IMG/VR virus record: IMGVR_UViG_3300029260_000512 | Location: 1-42,997 of that record | Reading direction: 5' to 3' (one strand) | Origin: a virus | Length of the DNA: 42,997 nucleotides | Part shown: piece by piece, positions 16,655-23,501 of the stretch | Position numbering within the stretch: the stretch's first letter is position 1 | Layout of the letters: each line of letters opens with the position of its first letter | Notes under the pieces: generated by a model | The model's input: only the letters and a program-made list of their open reading frames with translations | What the model was told of the DNA's origin: nothing | Databases searched by the model: none | Program-made: the position numbers and the translations under genes

Positions 16655-17517
16655 GCAGCACCCCGCGCAATTTCGTTATCAAAATGGCGCTCCCACTCAG
16701 GCACAGACAAACGCTTGCCGCTGATCGTCTTAGCAAACAAGCGCCCACCTTCGGCCCAGCTATCCCGCCGCCACATGCCTCTAGGGGCTTTACCGCCCTT
16801 GTTAAGAGGCTGGCCAGCGTCAAGCCAAGACTTATGTTTGATGGACGACATTTCCTCAAAGCGCGCTTCTATATCTGCTGCAACCCGCCAATCATCAGGG
16901 TGATTCAGATACATATCGCGTAGCTCTTCCTCGCTCATATACGGGCAAAAAACGCAGCTACTCTTATGCACATCAGGCCAGCCCAAGTGCGCCAGCAACC
17001 CCTCCAGGCGGTCTCGGGTCAGCCCCAAATCAATAAGCGGGTAACGGTATTCGGCTAGGTCGTCTTTAGGAGGAGTGAACCGCTTAGCGCGCTTACCCTC
17101 ATTCGCTTCAATGCCAATAAGCCAAACTGGGTGCGTAATACCTTCATCTTTCGCCCATGCGGCCAACACATCGCCTTTAAATTTCTTACTACAAACATGG
17201 GCACCACCGGGCATGATCGGCACGATACCAAGACGATGACACCACTCAGCGATGCTTTCGCCCGCCTTGCGCGTGATCACCAGGCGATCACCCAGCGCCT
17301 GCTTAACTCGCTCAATGGTGCGATAGGTAACTGCAAACTCAGCACCAGGGTCACTAAACACTGCTTTATCAAACCTTGGCAGGGCTGCATCGAGGTTGGC
17401 GCGGCTTATGCCTAAGTACGCAGCTGCTGCAGCCCGGTGCTGATCCATAGCTATCAGTGCGGTGCTATCCATACCGCCGCCGTAAGAAAGCAGCACTTGT
17501 TTAGCAACCCCACTCAC
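16651..17517 (-). CDS. PP-loop ATPase (PAPS reductase / adenine-nucleotide alpha-hydrolase superfamily)
   Basis: N-terminal SYGGGMDS PP-loop motif and a C-terminal CVFCPY motif. 288 aa. Second gene of the leftward early operon. Confidence 0.6.
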   Translation of the reverse strand: MSGVAKQVLLSYGGGMDSTALIAMDQHRAAAAAYLGISRANLDAALPRFDKAVFSDPGAEFAVTYRTIERVKQALGDRLVITRKAGESIAEWCHRLGIVPIMPGGAHVCSKKFKGDVLAAWAKDEGITHPVWLIGIEANEGKRAKRFTPPKDDLAEYRYPLIDLGLTRDRLEGLLAHLGWPDVHKSSCVFCPYMSEEELRDMYLNHPDDWRVAADIEARFEEMSSIKHKSWLDAGQPLNKGGKAPRGMWRRDSWAEGGRLFAKTISGKRLSVPEWERHFDNEIARGAA

Positions 17518-17735
17518 GCCGCCCCCTCACGCGCACTAATAGCGGCCACGTACGGGGCATAGATCCCGTTGTAATCCAGCTTGCCCGCCGCTGCTTTCAC
17601 GATGCGGCCAGCAGCTTTCGCGGTGGGGGCGCGGTCTAGGTAATACCAGCTACGCACCGTGCGGTATTTCTCGCCCAGCAGCGTAGCGGCAACATCCATC
17701 CCGCCTACATCATCAATCCAGCGGCTTAAATCCAC
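17514..17735 (-). CDS. Cro-like small HTH regulator
   Basis: Divergent from the CI-like gene. TLLGEKYRTVRSWYYL resembles Cro/YdaS-type HTH proteins. The start is uncertain (GTG at 17735 or ATG at 17699). Confidence 0.5.
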   Translation of the reverse strand: MDLSRWIDDVGGMDVAATLLGEKYRTVRSWYYLDRAPTAKAAGRIVKAAAGKLDYNGIYAPYVAAISAREGAA

Positions 17736-17913
17736 GGCTTATACACTCATTGACACATATTGTGGACAAAACTAGCGCAATTTAACCGACCTAACAACGG
17801 TTTTTCATCGTCGCGGCCACAAAAAGTGTATTATTATTCCAATAACCGCTATCAAACTGTGGCGCAACCGCACACCCACAGACGGCCACCGCCGGGCAAA
17901 AAAGGGTTAAACC

Positions 17914-18546
17914 ATGCAAGAGAACATCACAGGCCAACGCCTACGCGAACTCAGAGCGCGGCGCGGTATGAAAGCCGTCGATTTAGCCAAAGCGCTAGGC
18001 ATTCAGCGCACCCGCGTAAGCAACTGGGAAACCGGCATACGCAACCCCCAGCGTGAAGAGCTGGTAAAGCTGGCCAGCGTGCTAGATGTAAGCCCCGCCT
18101 ACCTGATCGGCTGGATTAACGAAGAGATTTACTCCACCCACCAGCCCATAGAACGCAACAGCCTAACGCTCAACAACGGCGAAACCGTCACGCTAGAAAG
18201 CGCCACCAGCGCCCACGCCTATAGCGAGCAATTTCTAAACGCCCGCGACCTAAAGGCTCAGCAGCTCATGGCCCTAACGGTAGACGACGACGCCATGAAC
18301 GACGTGATATGCAAAGGCGACACCGTGCTAGTGGATATGCAGCGCAAACGCAGCGGCGGGCGCGACCTCTTCGCCATGCTAGTGAACGGCAGTATATGGG
18401 TGCGGTGGGTACGGCCTGAGCTAAACGGCACGTTTACCGTCAGCGCCGAAAACAGCACCCAATACCCCGACCAAACGCTAACCGAAAAGCAGCTAGAAGC
18501 ACTTGATATTATTGGACGAATCACACGAATAGAGCGCGACCGCTAA
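17914..18546 (+). CDS. CI-like repressor (XRE HTH plus S24 LexA-like peptidase domain)
   Basis: N-terminal HTH (LRELRARRGMKAVDLAKALGIQRTRVSNWETG). The C-terminal S24-like half contains MNDVICKGDTVLVD and a Lys downstream. Confidence 0.85.
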   Translation: MQENITGQRLRELRARRGMKAVDLAKALGIQRTRVSNWETGIRNPQREELVKLASVLDVSPAYLIGWINEEIYSTHQPIERNSLTLNNGETVTLESATSAHAYSEQFLNARDLKAQQLMALTVDDDAMNDVICKGDTVLVDMQRKRSGGRDLFAMLVNGSIWVRWVRPELNGTFTVSAENSTQYPDQTLTEKQLEALDIIGRITRIERDR

Positions 18547-18610
18547 CCCGCTAGCGGTAGCCAGCAACGCACCAGGGGGAAAATAAACCATCATTTTGTG
18601 ACTTTTTACA

Positions 18611-18666
18611 TTGCTAGATGCCACTTTAAGTGTACACTTTAACCATCAAGTGACCACTTCAAGGTG
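18611..18666 (+). promoter_or_regulatory. Candidate rightward promoter with three CACTT/AAGTG operator-like palindromes
   Basis: TTGCTA (18611)-16-TACACT (18633). Palindromes are CACTTTAAGTG at 18622..18632, CACTT-N8-AAGTG at 18635..18652 and an imperfect CACTTCAAGGTG at 18655..18666. Confidence 0.4.
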
Positions 18667-18936
18667 CCCATCATGGCAAGCCAGACCCCCATCGCCGCCA
18701 CCAGCGGCCTACCCTCGGTTACCGGCAAAGACCAAATCATCCTGCTGCTACGCCTGCCCCGCGCCCAAGCGGCAGGCATAGACGCGCTAGTACAACGCGG
18801 CCTAGACGAAGGCGAGCTACCCCCCGACCAACTCGAACACCTGGGCGTACTCACCGCCAACCTAGCCAACGACCTAGAACAGCTGGCCGCTTTTTTAGAT
18901 GAAATCGGCGTCACCCACGGTGGCCGCCGTGGCTAA
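18664..18936 (+). CDS. Hypothetical protein
   Basis: 90 aa. The start may be the ATG at 18673. Confidence 0.4.
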   Translation: MPIMASQTPIAATSGLPSVTGKDQIILLLRLPRAQAAGIDALVQRGLDEGELPPDQLEHLGVLTANLANDLEQLAAFLDEIGVTHGGRRG

Positions 18937-19375
18937 CGTACAGCGCCAGCCATGGCGCGACGACGACGCCCTAGCCCAACCCGGCCAAGCGCTCAGCGCC
19001 CAAGAGCTAGCCCATCTAACGGCGCTGGCCAACGGCAACGCCCCCAGCGCGATCACCGCGATCAACGGCACCAGCCGCATCGAACAGCAGCAGCTAGAAA
19101 GCACCCTACGGGCCAAGCTGGGCGCGTTCAGCAAAGCGCACCTCATCACCCGCGCATTCGTGCTAGGCGTGCTAGTACCCCGTGCGCTCTGCCTGCTTCT
19201 GGCCGCGCTCAGCATCAACGCCAGCCCCGGCGATCTCATGGCCACCCGCGCCCCGCGCCCCTCGCGCAGCCCGGTTAGCTCGCAACGCAACGTGCGCAGC
19301 CACCGCGCCATAGCCGACGCCTACGCGCTGCCCAGCATCACCCTGCACGCGCAAAAAGCGAAAGAGGCCGCGTAA
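18899..19375 (+). CDS. Putative LuxR-type HTH protein
   Basis: LSAQELAHLTALANGNAPSAITAINGTSRIEQQQLESTLRAKLG resembles the LuxR C-terminal HTH pattern. The start is uncertain. Confidence 0.4.
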   Translation: MKSASPTVAAVANVQRQPWRDDDALAQPGQALSAQELAHLTALANGNAPSAITAINGTSRIEQQQLESTLRAKLGAFSKAHLITRAFVLGVLVPRALCLLLAALSINASPGDLMATRAPRPSRSPVSSQRNVRSHRAIADAYALPSITLHAQKAKEAA

Positions 19376-19677
19376 TGAAACCGCACATCCTCACAGGCCC
19401 GCGCCGTAGGCACTGCCGCTGTCGCGTCTGTCGTGGGCGGCAAGTGAAAGCAAAGCACCCGGACGACTACGCCCGGCGCATCCGCTGCAAACACTGCGGC
19501 CAATTCAACACGCTGGTAGTCGACAAATGGGCAGATAACCGGGGCTGGCGAAAGTACACCTGCTATTGCGATGGCTACCACTTCCCGCACCGCATCCGCT
19601 CAGAATTTTGTTTTGAAAACCCAAACTACGGCGAACAAGAAGAACGCCGGTTAATGGCCTACGGGGTGATGGCATGA
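19375..19677 (+). CDS. Cys-rich zinc-finger-like protein
   Basis: CRCRVC...CKHCG...CYCDGYH. The ATG overlaps the upstream stop. Confidence 0.45.
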   Translation: MKPHILTGPRRRHCRCRVCRGRQVKAKHPDDYARRIRCKHCGQFNTLVVDKWADNRGWRKYTCYCDGYHFPHRIRSEFCFENPNYGEQEERRLMAYGVMA

Positions 19678-20189
19678 AGATTATGGCGACCGACCTACCG
19701 CTAAAACACTGGCAGCGCATCGCAGAGCAAAACGGCATTCAGCGCAGAACGTTTCTCTATCGCCTGAAAACCATGGACGCGAAAAAAGCCGCCACCAAGC
19801 CACTCAAAAAAGGCGGCATAAAGCCCAGCGCCACAAGCCTACGCCAAAAGAGCCTAGCCGCCGGGCTAGATGAATGCGCCCTAAGCCGCTACCGCCGCGA
19901 ACACCCCGAAAGCCAGCTAAGCGACGAAGCCGCTTTAGCCTTTCTGCAAGCGCGCAAAGCCAAACTGCAAAACACCGTACGCGAACGCGCCCTTGCAGCA
20001 GGGCTAAGCCCCCAGCTGGTGTACAGCCGCATTAGCCGCAACTGGCCGCTAGATAAAGCGCTCAACACCCCAGCAATGCCCACTAGCCACGCGGCCCGCA
20101 TCGGTGGCAAAGCCCGCGCCCAGCAAAAGCGCGAACGCCGCCAGCAGCGGCTCCAGCAGGTAGCGTTAAATAACGCTAGCACGCTATAA
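19674..20189 (+). CDS. Hypothetical basic protein with repeated HTH-like segments
   Basis: 171 aa. Its 3' end runs into the 33-bp module. Confidence 0.45.
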   Translation: MKIMATDLPLKHWQRIAEQNGIQRRTFLYRLKTMDAKKAATKPLKKGGIKPSATSLRQKSLAAGLDECALSRYRREHPESQLSDEAALAFLQARKAKLQNTVRERALAAGLSPQLVYSRISRNWPLDKALNTPAMPTSHAARIGGKARAQQKRERRQQRLQQVALNNASTL

Positions 20190-20194
20190 CGCAA
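20162..20194 (+). promoter_or_regulatory. Dispersed 33-bp module AGCGTTAAATAACGCTAGCACGCTATAACGCAA
   Basis: A 7-bp-arm palindrome AGCGTTA-AA-TAACGCT plus a TATAAC -10-like hexamer (20185..20190), 27 nt before the rdgC-like ATG. Confidence 0.55.
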
Positions 20195-20220
20195 ACAAAA
20201 CCGACACAGGAAGCCCCGCC

Positions 20221-21396
20221 ATGTTTTTCAAAAGCGCCAACGTCTACCGTTTACACGACGCCCCCGAACACACCGCCGAAACCCTCAACGACATGCTAAA
20301 AGGCGATGCCGCTAAACCGCTGGGCAATGCCGACGCCAAGCGCCACGGCTGGACACCGCCCGCCAGCCGCAACGCAGAGCTATTCATGCACGAAGTGCAG
20401 GGCCACCGCCTGTTTAGCATGCTCAAACAAGAGCGCCTACTACCCGGCAGCGTGATTAAAGACGCGGTAGAGGAACAGGTAGAAGCGCTAGAAGAGGAGG
20501 AAGGCCGCTTTCTCACGCGCAAAGAAAAGACCGCGATCAAAGAGCAAGTAACGGAATCGCTACTCCCCCGCGCCTTTGTTAAAACCACCAAAGTGTTCGC
20601 ATGGTGGGACGTAAAGCGCGGGCGCATCACCGTCAACAGCGCCAGCCGCTCGGTGTGCGAGGATCTATTAGACCTGCTACGCGAAACCCTGGGCAGCCTC
20701 AAAGCCACCCCGCACAGCACCCAAACGCTACCCGTACGCGCCATGACCACATGGCTAAACGACAAACCCAGCCGCCCCGCCAACCTAGCGCTTGGCGACG
20801 TGATCACCCTCAAAGATAAAGGCGATGATGGCGTATGGCGTGGCCGTCAGATCGACCCCGACAGCGACGAGATACAGCAAATGCTCGAAACCGGGCGGCA
20901 AGCGGTAGAACTGGCGATGACCGTCAACGACAACGTTTCATTCACCCTCAACGACGGCCTAACCCTCAAAAGCCTGCGCTTTGGTGACAAGCTGCTGGAA
21001 GAGGCAGACGCCCAAGACGACGGCGACGACGCCACCGCCCGCCTAGAAACCGACTTCTACCTAATGGCCAACGCCCTAGCCGAAGCGATCGACAGCCTAA
21101 CCGCCATGATGGGCGGGCCAGCTCAGCGCAGCGAGAACAGCGAGCGCGCCGTTCCCGTATCGCTCGATGAACCAGACACCGGCACCCACCCCGGCGAACA
21201 TATCGGCGGCTTTGAGAACGGCTTTGAACAAGAAGAGCCGTTATTGAAAGAGGCCATCGAGCTAGCCAAAACGAACAACTGTGACACGTTCACGGTTACG
21301 AAATTGCAGCGGCATTTCAAAATTGCGTACGACCGTGCCCAGCAGCTGCAAGCGCGACTAGAAAACGCCAACCCTCGCGGGCTACCTACCCCATGA
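20221..21396 (+). CDS. rdgC: RdgC-like recombination-associated protein with C-terminal FtsK-gamma-like winged helix
   Basis: The N-terminal 300 aa are colinear with E. coli RdgC (FFKSANVYRL, GWTPP, LLPGSVIK, SLLPRAF, LRETLGSL). The C-terminal TKLQRHFKIAYDRAQQLQARLE resembles the FtsK gamma motif (QRxxxIGYxRAxxxxxxLE). Confidence 0.75.
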   Translation: MFFKSANVYRLHDAPEHTAETLNDMLKGDAAKPLGNADAKRHGWTPPASRNAELFMHEVQGHRLFSMLKQERLLPGSVIKDAVEEQVEALEEEEGRFLTRKEKTAIKEQVTESLLPRAFVKTTKVFAWWDVKRGRITVNSASRSVCEDLLDLLRETLGSLKATPHSTQTLPVRAMTTWLNDKPSRPANLALGDVITLKDKGDDGVWRGRQIDPDSDEIQQMLETGRQAVELAMTVNDNVSFTLNDGLTLKSLRFGDKLLEEADAQDDGDDATARLETDFYLMANALAEAIDSLTAMMGGPAQRSENSERAVPVSLDEPDTGTHPGEHIGGFENGFEQEEPLLKEAIELAKTNNCDTFTVTKLQRHFKIAYDRAQQLQARLENANPRGLPTP

Positions 21397-21545
21397 ACAC
21401 CACCATCAACTACCGCTGCTACAACCCCAAATGCGACCAGGGCAACGCCCCCGGCTGGATGCTAGGCGCTAACGCCATTTGCCCCAAGTGCGGCCACTGG
21501 CTCACGCACCAGCCCAACGATAACGCCAGCGTTAAAAAACGCTAG
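21393..21545 (+). CDS. Zinc-ribbon mini-protein (50 aa), not in the ORF track
   Basis: ATGA overlap with the rdgC stop. Translates as MNTTINYRCYNPKCDQ...CPKCGHW. Confidence 0.45.
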   Translation: MNTTINYRCYNPKCDQGNAPGWMLGANAICPKCGHWLTHQPNDNASVKKR

Positions 21546-21560
21546 CACGCTATAACGCAA
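21528..21560 (+). promoter_or_regulatory. Dispersed 33-bp module (one arm mismatch)
   Basis: AGCGTTAAAAAACGCTAGCACGCTATAACGCAA. TATAAC lies at 21551..21556, 19 nt before the next ATG. Confidence 0.5.
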
Positions 21561-21578
21561 CCAACAGGAACCGATGCC

Positions 21579-21710
21579 ATGCCCACCCCGCTAATGCTAC
21601 TGATCGGGCTAGCCGCTGCCGCCATCGCCTACGCCGGGTGGCGGTGCAAACGCGAAATGGAACAGCTCGACCACAACGGCGACCCCATCGACCAGGACGA
21701 ACAGCCATGA
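21579..21710 (+). CDS. Small single-pass membrane peptide, copy A (43 aa)
   Basis: MPTPLMLLIGLAAAAIAYAGWRCKREMEQLDHNGDPIDQDEQP. About 92 percent nucleotide identity to 22412..22543. Confidence 0.5.
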   Translation: MPTPLMLLIGLAAAAIAYAGWRCKREMEQLDHNGDPIDQDEQP

Positions 21711-21952
21711 TCATCGACCACCGCGCCAAAAACGCCCAGCGCATTCCCTGCAAAGAGTTTCGCGGTGAATGCCGCATGTGCCAAAGCGGGTTTATTGCCC
21801 GCAGCGGGGTATGCTCGGGCGTCAACCCTGACACCGCCAGCCCGCCCGACTGCCTGCGTGACGAAGTGCCAGAACACCTCTGCCAGCCCAACGGCCTACC
21901 GCTGGGATGGGGCAAATTCACGCAGGATAGCGCCAGCGAGGCCGCCCAATGA
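21707..21952 (+). CDS. Cys-rich protein (81 aa)
   Basis: Start MIIDHR by ATGA overlap. Ends SASEAAQ*, like 22540..23016. Confidence 0.45.
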   Translation: MIIDHRAKNAQRIPCKEFRGECRMCQSGFIARSGVCSGVNPDTASPPDCLRDEVPEHLCQPNGLPLGWGKFTQDSASEAAQ

Positions 21953-22007
21953 TATTCATCACCCTTACCCGCGACGACATCGCCAAGGCCCGCCAGGAGA
22001 GCCAGGT

Positions 22008-22427
22008 ATGAGCTACGAATCATGGCGAATCAGCTACCAATCCAGCGAACAGGCCGCGCAAGCGGCCTATGCCCAGCTGCAGGCCGTTAGCGCTGCCGCC
22101 AAGGCACTCAGCGAGGCCACCAACGAACGCGATGCCGACGACGCCCAAGAGCGTTTAGACGCCGCCATAGGTGGGCAGCTAGAAAAAGCCATCGCCCTCA
22201 ACAACCTGCACGCCGCGCAGCACGCCATGCAGCAGTACGCCGAAGCCTGCAAAACCAACCACCACCCCGGCGAAACTTTCGGTATGTCGGTATCCGGGCC
22301 AACCGGATGCGCCAGCGCTCCACACTGCCTACGGGCCGCCAGGCTGGTGTTTTTAGACGCGGCGCGTCTGATCGAACACCGCATTGAAGAAGCCAAGCAG
22401 GAAACCACCCCATGCCCACCCCGCTAA
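22008..22427 (+). CDS. Hypothetical helical protein (139 aa)
   Basis: Start MSYESWR by ATGA overlap with a 20-codon mini-ORF (21949..22011). Confidence 0.45.
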   Translation: MSYESWRISYQSSEQAAQAAYAQLQAVSAAAKALSEATNERDADDAQERLDAAIGGQLEKAIALNNLHAAQHAMQQYAEACKTNHHPGETFGMSVSGPTGCASAPHCLRAARLVFLDAARLIEHRIEEAKQETTPCPPR

Positions 22428-22543
22428 TACTACTCATCGGCCTAGCCGTTGCCGCCGTCGCCTACGCCGGGTGGCAGTGCAAGTGCGAAATAGAACAGCT
22501 CGACCAGAACGGCGACCCCATCGACCAGGACGAACAGCCATGA
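22412..22543 (+). CDS. Small single-pass membrane peptide, copy B (43 aa)
   Basis: MPTPLILLIGLAVAAVAYAGWQCKCEIEQLDQNGDPIDQDEQP. Confidence 0.5.
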   Translation: MPTPLILLIGLAVAAVAYAGWQCKCEIEQLDQNGDPIDQDEQP

Positions 22544-23016
22544 CAGGAAACAGCACACGCACCCCCATACGCCCAAGCGGCGAAGAGTGGCAAGAGCTGG
22601 TCAACATGCTGTGCCTCATGTGCCACAAAATGGGCAACTGCGACGTAATAGAAGGGATGATAGAAATGAAGCACGGCGGCGCGTGGCCATCGGGCGGTTG
22701 GGTCACTGATCCAGGCTCGGGCGCTACCTGCCTGAGCTACGAACCTCGCCCGGTTCGCCAGCTGGAAGACAGCGAGCTAACCGACGCGCTCACAAGCGCC
22801 GTGCCCATGTGCCAAGGGTGCGCAGCCCGCAAAGGTAGCGACGCCTCGCAAAGCCTGCACACCCAACGCGACTTTAACTCAGCCGTTAACCGTGGCGGAT
22901 TGTTTGTATGCCATGAAGAAGGCAACCAAGGAAAGCCCTGCGGCGGCTGGTGTCACGCCGTGAAGCGCAAACGCGCCAGCCTGATCACCACCAGCGCCAG
23001 CGAGGCCGCCCAATGA
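22540..23016 (+). CDS. Cys-rich protein (158 aa)
   Basis: CLMCHKMGNC...CQGCAARKGS...FVCHEEGNQGKPCGGWCH. Ends SASEAAQ*. Confidence 0.5.
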   Translation: MTGNSTRTPIRPSGEEWQELVNMLCLMCHKMGNCDVIEGMIEMKHGGAWPSGGWVTDPGSGATCLSYEPRPVRQLEDSELTDALTSAVPMCQGCAARKGSDASQSLHTQRDFNSAVNRGGLFVCHEEGNQGKPCGGWCHAVKRKRASLITTSASEAAQ

Positions 23017-23249
23017 TATTCATCACCCTAAGCGGCATCGCCATCGGCATCGCCGTAGTGGGCCTAGTGTTCATCCACACGCGGACCATATCGCCTCACA
23101 TCATGCGCGCCTGCCGCATCATGCACGTCATCACCCTGACGATAAGCACCGCCACCATTACCACCGCCCTCGCCCACCTGGGCGAGCCACAAGCCTGCTG
23201 GCTGGTGGTGGATCTTATGGGGGTGGCCATTGACCCCCACCCGCACTAG
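23013..23249 (+). CDS. Small membrane protein (78 aa)
   Basis: The start MIFITL is shared with the 20-codon ORF at 21949. It has hydrophobic segments. Confidence 0.45.
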   Translation: MIFITLSGIAIGIAVVGLVFIHTRTISPHIMRACRIMHVITLTISTATITTALAHLGEPQACWLVVDLMGVAIDPHPH

Positions 23250-23501
23250 CGCTACTCTCCCCCTGTCGCTGCAAAATCAGCGACCGGGTTTGGAAGCCCG
23301 AACGGATATTGGCGCACTAGCGCCCCCTTTCATCGTGTAGGCGCTATTTTTGTGCCCGCATGATGCACTATGGCGGGCCGTGCGTGGGGCGCTTCGGCGC
23401 GCCGGGTTTCCAATGTCCTCGGTCTTCCAACCCGCGTACGGTTCGCCTCCATTGTTTGGAAGCAATGTGGCGAACTCCAACAGACTTGGAGATCCACTAA
23501 A
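23250..23501 (+). ncRNA. Highly structured leader or candidate regulatory RNA upstream of the ORF6N-like gene
   Basis: At least eight hairpins. They include two with identical loops TTTGGAAG (23285..23300 and 23450..23467), an antiterminator/terminator-like alternative (23311..23324 versus 23318..23351) and an SD-sequestering stem (23476..23490). Confidence 0.4.

Noticed and set aside
18952-19278. An Arg/Pro-rich 108-aa ORF in an alternative frame of the LuxR-like gene
   Set aside because: The translation is low-complexity (RRRRPSPTRPS...). It overlaps a frame with a recognisable HTH pattern and has no independent support.
21638-22427. Over-extended track ORFs 21638..21952, 21765..22427, 22384..23016 and 22950..23249
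   Set aside because: Their 5' parts are alternative frames of the upstream small genes. Internal ATG starts that overlap the preceding stop codons (ATGA) give a consistent, translationally coupled gene chain.
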